Below are positions 35,340-49,103 of a DNA stretch of 64,000 bases, in pieces. Position 1 is the first letter of the stretch. Every line of letters starts with the position of its first letter. The position numbers and the translations under genes were made by a program. Under the pieces are notes generated by a model. That model was not told the DNA's origin. It saw only the letters and a program-made list of their open reading frames with translations, and ran no database searches. Source of the stretch: Octopus sinensis (taxonomy: Eukaryota); NCBI RefSeq assembly GCF_006345805.1, contig NC_042999.1, forward strand, positions 90,706,001-90,770,000, written 5' to 3'.

Positions 35340-38224
35340 AATATGTTCCACTTATTGAAAAACCAGAGTCTCGTTGTGAAAACAGGAAATACACGCTGTA
35401 TGTTTTCATCGCCAGGCACAAACCGTTGCATTCAGTGCGGAAGTCAAAGCACTATTATGCTTTTCTAAAAATAATTTTCCATGTAGTTTTTACTTTGTTG
35501 GACTGAAATTATTATACAAATTTTGAAAGTAATAATCCTTCTCTATTAGTTACTGCAGTTAGAACAGCTACGAAACCCAACCAGACTAGCTCAATGTTAA
35601 AAGCGTAGCTGTAGCTCTTGGGATGGAACTGGTAAAAAAAGTAATAAAACTAGAAAATAAAGTTTATACAAAATAAATGCCCACAAAGTTGAGTTCGTTA
35701 GTGTAGCGAGTTGTAATCTATTTTATTCTAAAACAGAATCAACATTAAACGAAGTAATGAAACCTAAAAATTTAGATACAATTGACTGAAGGAGTGAAAA
35801 ACACGAATAAGAAAGTAACAAATACAAAAATATCAAAAGCACTATAAATGACAGCAAAAAAACCCACTATGACCAATAACAATAGTACAATCATCATAAT
35901 TATCAGCAACACATTTTACAGCCGGAATAGTAGTAACAGTGACAACTACTGCATCAATGTCATCATCATCTTTGATTCCACGCCGCAAATTACTTTGTTA
36001 GTTGATTTACTCATGTAAGTAAATTTGATTACAAGTGAATTTTATTAGAAGCTCCACATTTGATGGTGGTTGCTGCATTGAAATTTTTTGTTTGAAAGTG
36101 TTATATAATGGTGACTTTATATTTTAGACATCAGACGTCAGCGGTAGTCCGTGAATTATGCGTCTCAGAGAGATCATATTTCTTCGTTATTTTTTCATAA
36201 AACTTCTGATATATTTTATTTATGAGCAACAAGGGAATGAAGAAATTATCAATGAAAATATATGAATGGGGGTTATTACTAATTTGTTAGAAGATAAATT
36301 CTCATTAATATTCTGGGTAGTCAATAGAAAGTAGTCAAAGAATCACTAGAATGATTCTCGTGATGTTAAAATTTAATTGATACCCTCTACCATTATTATT
36401 ATATATGTGAAGGGTATTCGTTATGCGTAAGAAAGTCGTATGACATCACTATAGTAAACAAGTCATTTTCATCAATATTTCGAATCAAGATGGAAATGAA
36501 AATTTAGGTTATATGGTGAAATTAAAAATAACAAAATTGTAGTCTACATAATTACTCTAAAGTCTGCAAAAATTATATCATCCGTGTAGCAAATGTAAAG
36601 ATAAAATTACAGATAATAGTAAACACCTGCATCTTTTGACCCTATATTATGATTTTTAACCAATAACAATGTTGCTAGAGAGAAGACTAAATGTTCAACT
36701 CTGAACTCAGGTTATTTTGTTAAACAGATACCCCATTTTGTTGTAGGTAGTATTCTTTATGGAATATATCATTATGCTGAAAAATGTCATTGTATTTTGT
36801 TGATTGAATGAATTATGCTGATTGCATATAATGAAAACTGATTAAAAGTTTATGACAGGAAGGAAAGAAAGTGAGAGAAAAGGAGGGAGAGTGACTCAAT
36901 GTTTGAAAGCGAGACAATTTTTATTCAGTTGAGTATCATATACTTTCACGCATTGAAACTATTCTAATAGTCGGCTTCTTAACTCAGACATCTTTCTTCC
37001 TGTCGTTTCATATACAAAGATTATCTAGATGTGAAGGGCTTTTTTGTCCATTTAAAAAAAAATTAAGATGTTAGTGTGAGATTTGTGAGATAAATATGGT
37101 TGGTATTCCTAGCAGGCAAAACAACTTTGTAGAGATACCCTTGTTAGCTTATGTAAATGTATTAGTGCATTAGATCATTTAAATTAAGGTTGGTCATAAT
37201 TATTTTTATAGAATGATGATGAACTACTCCGGTCACCGAGAAAATAAATACCAGCAATGTAATCATAAAAGCTTTAAAAATGTCTGGCATAGGTGTTGAC
37301 TGCTTTTATATTCATACAGCTATTTATATCTGTTAGAAAGTGCCTCGCAGCAGGAAGTTCTAATGACTTAGCAGTATTATAAGACAGGATATATTTTGGA
37401 AGAGTTTGAAAGAGTAAAACTGAAATGAACAATGAAATATTGCAAGAAGAACTAAAATGCTGGCAAATTGACAATAGTAATATAAATTTGAATGATCAAT
37501 AATGATAATATTTTACTCACAAAGACAATCTCCCTCAAAAAGTTGATTAAGTGATCATTCAGTTTCCAACGCCGATAGAAATAATGCCTGTCAGGTTAGA
37601 ACGATAAGTTCAAGTTAAATAAATGGCATAAAATCCTGTAAATAGAGAAGAAACGATGCCAAATATTACTCAATAGAATAATAATTTACTTGCAGCCAAA
37701 GTCGATAGAAAGTAATTAATGTCGATATATGGGTCACAAATTCTTATAGGTAGTCTTTGTATGTAGACAAAACTGATGTTTAAATAATAATAGAGTAGGT
37801 TTAATTATTTTATTCTCGTCAAGCTTCGTTAGCGTAAGTATAGCTGTTACTATTGATTGTTGGCTCCGTAGTAACAGATTACTATATAGACATGTTCGTA
37901 AAACGCACTGAGTGGCGAAGGGAAACGATATTAATTGATAATTTAAGCATAAAGATATGCTAACCAGATATTTAAAATAATATAACGATGGGTTTGATTG
38001 GTTCTAATGAATTCAGCATAAAAGAATAATCACACGATTATTAGAAAAAAGATTAGGTGTTCAGGTGACAGTTGAACATATTTTACCTAAGCAAAGCAAG
38101 GGAGAAAACTTCGAGCGGTTTAACTAAATAATGAGGACATCTTAATAAACGCAAATTGACATGAGAACCAGATAAGAGAACAAGAAAACTAAACGGGACC
38201 GAGCCTACAAAAAAACTGTCCCTA

Positions 38225-39555
38225 AAAGGTCTGGTGGAGGTGGCGAACGCGTAGATCATGTCCATCATCTACTACCGCCTGACCGTCGTGCCTTGTCTCA
38301 ACTCTACCATCACCAAACTGGAACGCATTCTCTGCCGCTTCTTGTGGAAAGGATGCGTTCCGATGGTCAGTCGATCCGTTTGCTGCCAACACCCGTTAAA
38401 AGGATAGCTGGGCATGTGGTGGCTGATGATGTGCAGATATGCGCTGAGACTGCGACATCTCCAGCTCTACGTAAACGACTGTGAATAGGTGTGGTCGCCG
38501 TTTGTGAGGCGCGCTTTCCCTCACCTCATCTCCATGGCCGAACTGCAATCGTGGATCAAAAAGAGGCTGAGGAAGGGCGAATGGCACCGCGAGTGTCACA
38601 TTGCTCTCGAGAAACTATGCCGTCCCAGGTCGACCTTGTGCGACTGCAACACAACCAAAGCATTCTATAGGGGCTTAGTGGAGGGGAGGTGCGGCGACAA
38701 TCTCGCGGCGAACCTGGGCGTCGACGAGGAACACCTGACCCGCCTGTTTAAAATGACTTTCTGGCGGGAACCTATGGACAACTTCCTGAGATTACTGGCC
38801 TGGTAGTGTTATCGAGAAGCGATGCCCGTTCGGAACAAGCTCTACAGGCTTGGCTCGAGAAACCCGGGGCCGACCTGCCCGAGAAGCGGTCAGAGCGACG
38901 AAACCGTTCTGCGCGCACTCTTGTAGTGTCCAACCATTTCCGACCTGTGGGCGTATGTCGAGCGGCCGCTATCGCGTGTGGGACGAGTCGGTTGATCAAC
39001 CGAGTCTCGCGTGAATATTTTCGCGTCTCCTTCCTTCAAACGGGAAGGAAGAGCTATTTTTATCGTACTTGTGGCTATGGGGAAAGAATGTGTATGGTGG
39101 ACGCGTCTGAAAGGTCTAGAGACAAACACTTTCTTCACATCAACTTATTCAAGTATGAGAGAGGGAAGTCTTGTCTAGTGAATGTTTCAAAGAAAAAAAA
39201 AAAAGGTGGGTGAATGTAGCAAGGATGGTACGTGTGAATGACGGAGCCACCTTGAGCATAATCCTATGGACCAGAAAAAGAAATGAAAAAAGAGAGTCAC
39301 TTACTGTAATGTGTTTTTTGCATGACATTATTGCCCGAGGTTACTGTGGATAAACCTAATCTGTTTCCCCTTTTTACATTATGATATTTCTGTGATACAC
39401 AATCCCTATTAATCGGGTTCCTTTTTCCCCTTTCTTTCCACGATCCCTTTTAATCGAAATTCTACCCCGCCTTTTTTCTCTTTCTTTTCCAAAAATAAAA
39501 GCTCTACTTTGTATTTTGTCCCCTCTGTGTTCAGCCCTGTGTAGCTAATAAAGAG
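38225..39555 (+). mobile_element. 5'-truncated L1/Tx1-clade LINE (RT C-terminus, zf-RVT region, 3'UTR)
   Basis: LSLKGLVEVANA*IMSIIYYRLTVVPC...RFLWKG...QHPLKG*LGM; CYREAMPVRNKLYRLG...CPRSGQSDETVLRAL; pyrimidine-rich 3'UTR ending ...gctaataaagag. Confidence 0.85.
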
Positions 39556-39990
39556 ACGTATCTATATAAGGGTTAGTTGGCCGGGCATACCTGGTTCAAC
39601 AGCTTGGAGTGATTCTAATAAGCGGTAGTCAGGGCAGTTGAGCAACTATCCCGCTATCTCTGAGCCATCGTTAACAAGGGAAATTGAATCCGGTGAAAGG
39701 TGGTGAATGAAGTGGGGGGGGGGGAAACGAAGGAATGTAATGAGGAAGTTGAAGGTGTGAGGGTGAGATATGGACTGGGGGAGACGAGACGTACATTAAC
39801 AATCTCAACTCAATTCAATTGACAACCATTGTTAATCAGTTTGTATCAGTGCCAAAATTACATTTGAATACAGGTGCAAACTCATACACATACACGCACA
39901 CACATGCACACTCACACAGACTCACATATTCGTAAATTCAGGCAAATACATATGTATACACTAGAGTATATACATGAAACTGATTAAGAT

Positions 39991-40030
<40 letters not shown>

Positions 40031-41053
40031 TTATATAATATATATATATATATATGTTTTTGAGGGACACTGATGTAAAACCAGCGGCTTCACTTGATTA
40101 CTGGTCATCTCGATTCAGCCTGACGCTAGATATTAATCATGGAGACACACAAAGTGGAACTAGTTTAAGTATTTATCACTTTAATACGTTGACATACAGA
40201 TGTCTTTTTAGGGTTAACCTCATCTGTCATCCCATCAACTGAAAGTCCTATGGCAATAGAAGAGTGGTGATGTGTGCTGACCTAAACTTCTGGAAGCACA
40301 CAGTAAGTTACAACTTTCCTCTGTCACTTACGCTTCAAATCATGCAGATCTGCAACAACACTAAATAGACATCTGAGAGTCGTCGATGGAAAGACAGGAA
40401 TGCTATTGACAACGAGGAAGCACAAGGAAACGGCAATAATTTGTGAAAATAAAGCAATCACCATGTGTGTGTGTGTGTTTTCATAATAACACCCATATAC
40501 ATACGACTTTAGATATTAATGTATAGAGTACATAAAGATTTATGTATATCGAAGCATATATGTGAGTTTTATTTCTGTATATATCTAACACTGAATCTAT
40601 ATTATAGAATTATATAAAATATTTAATCGAGCATTAAGCACGTCTGCTTTGTATGATCACTGGATTATGCACCATCTTTCCAACGATAATTTGCTACGTA
40701 CACATCTACGTTACTAGAGTAGCTATACATAATTATGAAGATATATATGCTGATAATGATAACTCTCAGTGTTCCTCATAAAAATACTCCACTTATTCTA
40801 CAAGCAGCTCATCAATTAGTTAGTTGTTTCATAGTCGTCTGAAAAGGGTAAAGAAGATTTCTCATTCGATGCCAGTTAACTGTATCGTCCTACACACTTT
40901 TACAAAAATCAATTACTATAATAAATAAAATTCCATATTTTTATAGCAGCAGTTATTTTATTATATATATATATATATAATCTATGAACTGTATTATATA
41001 TATATATATATATGTTTATATATTATATATTATATATTATATTATATAATATA

Positions 41054-41091
<38 letters not shown>

Positions 41092-41209
41092 GTTTAAATA
41101 TTTGTTGTGCAAGATTTTTTATGTGAAGTCGTGTGTTGAAACAGATATTGTTATATTTCGGAATTGGCTAAACTGGCAATATGACCATTCCGAAATATAA
41201 CAATATATA

Positions 41210-41298
<89 letters not shown>

Positions 41299-41502
41299 GT
41301 GTGTAAATTTTGAGACGTCATAAGAACTTAGAAACTTCGAGATGAACGTGAAATAATGTATATGGTTTTAAATAATAGCGTGTAAGTATTGGATTAAAGA
41401 TCCTTTGGATAGAAAAAATGTAAGTGTGCACATATTTACATGCTATTTGTAGCGTTATATTACATATGCTTTATGTTTCAATGTTCCAAATTCTCTGTAT
41501 AT

Positions 41503-41545
<43 letters not shown>

Positions 41546-41549
<4 letters not shown>

Positions 41550-42120
41550 TGCCTGCTCCTGATGCAGAGTTTGACCCCCTCATGTACCTACACCTTAGAA
41601 CCATCATGACACCTGATGTGGCTTTTTAAACCAGATGATATTCTGAAAAGACTGCCACATGGATTGCATATCCGATTTGGACCACCAAGAGCTGCAGTTA
41701 AGTCCTGATCTTTGTGGATCTTAAAATATCTTTTGAGGTCTCCGTTAGATTTGCAAACCTCCTGGCATACATTGCATTGAAAAGTGTGCACAGACATGTA
41801 GGCATAATAGTTGGTGGAGGTTCGTTTTCCATGGGTTCGCAAATGAGATTTGAGCCCAGCAAAAGAAAGGCATGGTCTGTCACAAACTGTGCACACAAAA
41901 AGGTCATTGTGATTCACCTTCTCGATCGTAACATTCTTCCTTAAATCTCTTTTGAGTCTTGCATGCATCATCCTGGCCTCTTCAAACGCTTTCACTCCAC
42001 TCCACACTTTTGTTCGCCATCCAGCTCGATCCGAAGCAAGGGTTTCTATGTCCTCTGGATTCATTCCAAGTGACTTCATACTAGTCCCTACACCGTCATT
42101 AAAACGTTTTTCAGGTTAAT
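41546..42120 (-). mobile_element. RTE-clade LINE 3' fragment with three C-terminal C2H2-type zinc fingers and (AT)n tail
   Basis: PEKRFNDGVGTSMKSLGMNPEDIETLASDRAGWR...FEEAR...KRDLRK followed by CTVCDRPC..GLKSHLRTH, CNVCQEVC..LKRYFKIH, CNPCGSLF..GLKSHIRCH (ORF 41588..42079). Confidence 0.88.
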
Positions 42121-44156
42121 CCCATAGTGTTTGTGTGTGTGTATGTGTGCTTGTGTGTGCGCGCGCGCGAACTTGCTTTAATATAATTTTGGCAACACCA
42201 AAATAAATGAGTTGCAAATCCGATGGATACTCAAACTCTTTTTTGTGTCATCAAAGTATTCTCCAAAGCAATTATAGAGTAAAATTACAAATACTTTTTT
42301 ATAGAGTTAATTGATAAGTTTGTATCAACCTCAATAGCTTTTACACTTAAAAGAAAACAAGAAAAGTACATGTTGACACAAGTACTTACACACCCTTCAT
42401 CCACTACCAGAATACTCGTAATATTAGGTAATCATATCACAAAATTGTCATGTCTTGGTTGAGAATAATGTAAAAAGAGAAGACAAGTGAGATAAAGAGA
42501 GAGAAAGAGAGGGAAGGAGAGAGAGAGAGAGAAAGAAAGAGGGAGAGTGTTAGAGTGAGTTCATGCGTGTATGTGTATGCTGAATGAACAATTACCTGTT
42601 ATATAAAAGAAATCCGCTTGTATTTGTCAACCAACTAAACAACAAGAAACAAAAGATGACGCCAGTGAAGAAACCGAAGTCGGTTTTCACCTTTGTGAAA
42701 ACGGAGTCATATCATGCAGCTGTCATAAAAATGCAATCATTGAAACAACTGTAACATCAAACGAAAACACAATCCTTAGAGAATAAGAAAATGTCCTTGC
42801 ATAGTGGCAACCGATCCAAACAACAGAAAAGAGAGATTGCAGATCTATGGAAGGAAAAGGGAAAAGATAAAAGATTTGATGTTGGGTAAATGTGTAGCAA
42901 ACTGCATATAAAGAAAAGCAAAGAAAATAAAACCCATCATTGTTTAGTTAAAATCTTGTCACTTTGAATTTATCATTTACATCATTGATTGACTAGAGAC
43001 TATTAAATAAAACTTGTGCAAGATCCTTTGGTTTATGTCTATTTTATTCAAAGAACTCGACAGATTTATTGCTGCAATGTGTAGTTGATTGTGAGTATTT
43101 CTTTTGTGAGTACTGCTTGTGACAGTTGAAATATTAACTTGCTTACCACAGGGAATTAATATCGATACGATTTGTATGAGGCCTGTAGATGTAAAAACGT
43201 GGGAACAACAATCAATTTTCCATTTCATGAAAATACAGTCACTGACTCCGTATGAGGTACACATCACATATATAACATTACACAGTGTATAACAAGATTC
43301 AGAAACTTAGTGAATAAAGTTTAGGCATTAGTGCTTTGCAATCAGAGCATAAACTAATCTAAATGTCAGTTAATATGAGATGCAAAGTAATTTTTCTTTT
43401 TGGTTATACAATCTTTCAAGTTAGCAGAGATTTGGACAAAAGAATCCATTCTCTATTTTCAAACCATAAGTACATAGCTGGAGTAACTGGAAAGATTTCA
43501 ATTCAAGTAGTTTAGATCATAATCATATCATAAATTGTGTTGCAGATTCTTCGGTTTTGTATTCAATTTATTTGGGTTCTACAAAATTCTCATTCATACA
43601 TTTTATGTAATAAAGCGAAAATATTAATGATAGAGATAAAATTTTCTATCGAAACTATTTTAAAGAAATGATTGCCATTAAATAAGTTTATTTAGGAGAA
43701 TTTTTGACAGAAGAAATAATAGCATTTTATGATTTCTGTAAATGTAGTACATAAACATCTCCATAAAAAGTAAATCTTGCGTGCTGATCATTGTGAATCA
43801 GATTAGATTTAACCAAGTTGAATTTTGAAGAATTCTTAGTCGCTTTTTTTTTTATATAATGACGTTCATATTATTTAATTTTCTCTTAGCATTTATGTAT
43901 CACTTAAAGTGTTTTTCAGAAAAAGAAAGAACTACTAATATAAATTTTAGAAGCATAGTGCATAAGAAATGCATTTGTTTTTTGAACAGAAGTTGCAGCT
44001 ATATATTCTAATGGCTTGCATAGCAATTTCGACTGTTTTATTGGAATATCTAGCCCTTACATTCAGATATTATATTAGGTTTGTATTATAAAAATTAGAT
44101 ATACTTTGTAAAAATTTATTAAAGCGGTATATTTAACATACATATGTGGTTTTTTC

Positions 44157-46130
44157 CACTGTCTTGTTACGATGAAAAAGAACCTATGTCATCAAATATC
44201 ACAGACATTAGACGCGTAATTGTTGGCAGAGTTATTTTGTTGGAAAAACGATATCATCTAGCAACCAAATGCCGTCTGTTTTCTGTTAATTCAGTGTTTG
44301 AATATGTGCATATGCGTATTACACCGAGCTTCATATCGCTTTTTCAAGCAGCGTTTACACCTTGGAGGAAATATCATTTTACCTTGCCCTAACAGCCCCT
44401 AAATTGATACGGGCGTAGTATAATTGGCAGTAGAGAAAATGCACTTTAATACTCATATTAAATTCTAGCTTATTGAAGAAAGAAATGCATCTAATTCCCC
44501 ATTTCTTCATAGCTTTCATATATGCTATTATCCAAAGATTTGAAATTAAATTCTGCGATTGCTACCCAGAAAGCGTCCCAACAGTGTTAAGTAAACTCAC
44601 AAGCACCTCACTTTCAGTTACTGTTCTTATTTTAGGCTCACCAAAGGTATTTGCCTTCAGATTCTCTCGGCTTAGAGTAGGAAATTGTCCACATATATTC
44701 GAAAGAACCAGTTATCATGTCTAAAGTTTTAACAAAATGTTTCATTAAACTTACATTGATATCAAGTACTAGGAGTAATGTGCTATATAGTTTTTACGAA
44801 GAGAGTATTCATAATATTGTTTTTTCCAGTATCAAAGTCCCTTTTTTTTCAGGCCATTCCTTTCCCACCCAGTAGTTTCGTTTCTTTCGAGGATTCTATA
44901 AACACAGACAAGGAAATTTAATGCAACCGTTCAGTTGACAAAGCAGTATTCATTGTCAAATCCTTATATACTGTCGAATTGTATTCAAATTATTAAAGTC
45001 ATTTCAGTATCACTCTCATACTTCCATCGCTTTCCATCAGTCAGCACAGATACAAATATATTCCATTACTCAACAAAATGATTCCTACTGACATCCTATT
45101 GCTTTTAATAAATCATTAACATCACAATAATAAATATTTCCAGCCTCCACGCTAAAAGAATGCAACAGAGACTTTCCCTATATTTTATACTTTTATTTGT
45201 TTCAGTCACTAGACTTTAGTCATGCTGGGACACAGCCTTGAAGAATTTTAGCCGAACGAATCAACCCAAATGCTCAATTTTTAAGCTTGACCCTTATTCT
45301 GTCGGCCTCTTTTGTGGTCTCTAAGTCACAGGAGCTAAACAAACCGACACCGGTTATCAAGCGGTGGTAGGGGACAAACTCAGACACGCACACACACACG
45401 ACGGGCTTCATTCAGTTTCCGTCTACCAAGTCCACTTACAAGGCTTTGGTCGCCCTTAGGCTATAGTAGGAGACACTTGCCAAGGTGCCACGCAGTGGGA
45501 CTGAACCCGGAACCGTATGGTTGGGAAGCAAATTTCTTACCACACAGGTACGCCTGCGCCTAATCTAGCTTGATAAAACTCAAATATTGTTTCCAGACCT
45601 GCCAAATTATTTTAATTCAACCTTGGTCCCAATAATTCTCGAGAAGATTTACATTTAATATAGATTTGGTATAAGTTTCAATCGCTCTTGATTTAGCAGG
45701 TCGCATGTAAGTTTCATTCTCAATGTTTCTTTCTGATATGCAACTCACAGATTCATCGATGGCATATAGCTTATTAATTACAGAAAGATTTTGTTACAAT
45801 GAAGTAGAAATCTTAGGGTTGGGGACGAGTTTGGTGTAATCTAATTTCGATATGGACTCTGAGATATACACAGAAATAGCCATCATACAAATATAGCAAT
45901 TTTCAAAACGCTATTAGCTCTCTTCAGATCATTATCATATCCCTTTTCTTTTTCCTTTGGTCCACTGTCTGAGAATTGCTATATAGTTTCAGTATACTGT
46001 GTAAAGAACCCAATGTCACCCCCAAAATACATAAAATTTGGTATCCTAAGAATATTTTTAACAAATTGATTTATTGTCGCAAAAAGGATTCCAAATTTAA
46101 CAGAATATATCAAGGCAGAAAATCCACTCC
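44157..46130 (-). mobile_element. Old, nearly full-length Chapaev3-like transposase fossil interrupted by a SINE
   Basis: Colinear minus-strand remnants not on the ORF track: DIFC*IW, YFGVTLG, LRQWTKGKEK, MI*RE, SRELLGPRL, YCDVNDLLKAIG, GKEWPEK, LDINVSLMKHFVKTLD, FPTLSRENLKANTFGEPKIR, FNMSIKVHFL..INLGAV; homologous to 29760-30745; CACTG at 44157. Confidence 0.7.
45190..45561 (-). mobile_element. tRNA-derived SINE (CR1-tail family)
   Basis: Minus strand: tgtggtaagaaatttgcttcccaaccatacggttccgggttcagtcccactgcgtggcaccttggcaagtgtct...; tail ...cccagcatgactaaagtctagtgactgaaacaaataaaa. Confidence 0.9.
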
Positions 46131-47022
46131 CTACGTCTATATCTATTAAAAGTTTATTTTACTCACATAATCATTCAAAGTTTACTCTTTGTTCTTCACT
46201 AGAAGGAGCTTATGTGCTTTACAGCATTTTCCCATTCAAAACCAATTTGATTTGATACTTACTTTATCTTAAAAGGTACGCTTTTGGTTCTATACTATAC
46301 TCTATATCTTATAATGGTGCAGGTATTTGTATATATTTTTATTATTAGTCTATTACCCGATTGTTTTTTCCTCTGATATTTTCACTATAATATAGCAGCT
46401 AGGCAGTTGTGCTATTTTGTATTTTCATTGAATAGAATAGTCCAAAATATCGAATAAATAGCATTATTAATTTTTCTGAAGTGTCAAACACTGGTAATTT
46501 TGCACATACATGTACGACTTCGATGTTCTGGAAACTTTTGTCCTAAGACTTTGCAACTTTTCCGAACTAGGAGTGGTCATTTTAGTCAACACAGTGTAAT
46601 TTAAACAAATATTTAATTCACTTAAATAATTAAATGCTACAACGGTATTTGTACACTTGAATAAATTAGTGCGGATTATAAGAGATTCCAGACTATCAGT
46701 GTTCGAAAAATTGGTGATGTACCTATAGTGCTGGCGAATAAAATTGATATGTTATACAAAAGGTTAGACAGAAGGTGTCTTAAGATTAGTCTAAACCCAG
46801 TTTACATAAAATGTTTCCAACAAATGATATATATCATATCCCTATTGAAGGAAATTCTCACAGTGGTGGCTGTATATTCCTATTCAGAAAATTATCCTCT
46901 GTTTACGTAACACCTCCAAAGTACAGGGAAAAACACCTGGTGAAAAAAATTCTCACCTTTTGTTATGGTCTGTGGAACTTATAAACTCCAGTGCTTACCG
47001 CAAGTGAAAATACAACTACTTC

Positions 47023-47069
<47 letters not shown>

Positions 47070-47071
<2 letters not shown>

Positions 47072-47469
47072 CTTTTACTCTTTTACTTGTTTCAGTCATT
47101 TGACTTCGGCCATGCTGGGGCACCGCCTTTAGTCGAGGAAATTGACCCCAGGACTTATTCTTTGTAAGCCTAGTATTTATTCTATCGGCCTCTTTTGCCG
47201 AACCGCTAAGTTACGGGGACATAAACATACCAGCATCAGCTGTCAAGCAATGTTTGGGGAGGGGGGCAAACAGACACACAAATACAAACACATATATATA
47301 CACATACATATATACGACGGGCTTCTTTCAGTTTCCGTCTACCAAATCCACTCACAAGGCTTTGGTCGGCCCGTGGCTATAGCAGAAGACACTTGCCCAA
47401 GGTACCACGCAGTGGGACTGAACCCGGAACCATTTGGTTGGTAAGCAAGCTACTTACCACACAGCCACT
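47070..47469 (-). mobile_element. tRNA-derived SINE (CR1-tail family), well preserved
   Basis: Homologous to 45190-45561 along its length; tail ggcggtgccccagcatggccgaagtcaaatgactgaaacaagtaaaagagt running into (GA)n. Confidence 0.93.
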
Positions 47470-49000
47470 TCGATCTTTTTCTCATTTTTTCTCTTGCTTT
47501 TCCCACTCTGTTCTAAATTTCGCTAATGCTCTTGCTTTTTCTTTGCATTGAAGAAAAAAGTTCAACCCTCATTACTAACACCTCCATATTTTTCAAACCT
47601 CTCGAAATTAGGGTGGAAGAAGGGAGTCAGCTATCTACATTTCGGACTTGGTTCCAACGTTTGTAATTGAGTGAACTCTAGTAAAGACCCCGTAGTCGGA
47701 TCTAAACCGAATGACAAATTACGTCAAACATTCAGTTACTTTTATAGAGTAACGTATGAAAAAACAAAACACAAAAAAAACTTGAGTATCGTGTTCGAAG
47801 GGAAACAAAATTTACCTATCTAGCTCTCAGTAAAAGCCTGTGGCCCTATTAAAAGGTAAGTATAATTATTACAACGTATGAGCGTGAAACAAACTGAAAA
47901 TGTAGAGACACTGTTACAATATTTACAACATGGCATTTCAAGTGTTTCTGCTGGAATATAAACAACATTCAGGTTACCATTTTTAGGGTTAATGATCACA
48001 TTTAACGTTTGTGAAATTACGAGTGTAAATATTCTGAGAAACACATTTGAACATTGGGTTAGGTCATACATCTCACGTGTATTCAAAGATCACAAATTCA
48101 AATAATATTGCTGAAATGCCTGAAGTGTTATTCAACTAAAACATAACCGCCATATTCATTGCAAAGCTACGATTTACAGCTTAAGTAGTGACTCCCTCTT
48201 AAAATATATTGATTTTCTGTTGCTTTAATCAAGAAGGATCCATATCTCTAATATCTACGATATCTAAGGGACGCTCCTGTGCAACAGAGGTAATTATTTG
48301 GAAACAAAGAATAAATCTTTCAAATATGCACCAACACCCATACAAACGCAAACGCTCATGATATTCAGAATAAATTTGACATTTTATCAATATTGTGTCA
48401 CTTTAATTCATAACTGAATTGTAGCTTTCTTTCTGTAAGATTTTTAATAAAGATTGGAGATTTATTTTGTTTCATTTATGCAAACAAATATTTCGCTGAC
48501 GAAGATGGACAGTCTACTTAAGAGAATAATGCAAAAACAACAAACAAGACAAAAGAAAAAGGACGAAAAGTAAAACCAAGTCTTTATTTTACAGAACAAA
48601 ATTTCTGAATAAGACAAATAAGAGAGAAAAAATATTCTGTTTTTACGATAAAATATCTTATTTTTTATTGTTGCTGCTGCTTTTAGCCCCAGGTTTGCTC
48701 ATAACAAAACGAGAAACGTCGATATATTTTCATAAAATATATGATGTACAGTATTTATGAATAAAGAAGAGGAAGTGAAATAGAAATAATGAATTCATTA
48801 CTTACAGACCAAAAATATACACACAATGTACTCACACGAAAACTTTAGAACAGATGTATACTTGTCTTTATATCTGTACACATACATATACGCATATATA
48901 CACACCTAAAAACACATATAGACATATTATAGATATATGTATATGTATAGATATATGTAGTATGCATATACCATATCATATCATATCATATATCGTATCA

Positions 49001-49103
<103 letters not shown>

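Noticed and set aside
40212-40302. + strand exon with good acceptor (tttttag) and donor (CA/GTAAGT)
   Set aside because: Stops in all three frames; at most a non-coding exon, with no other support.
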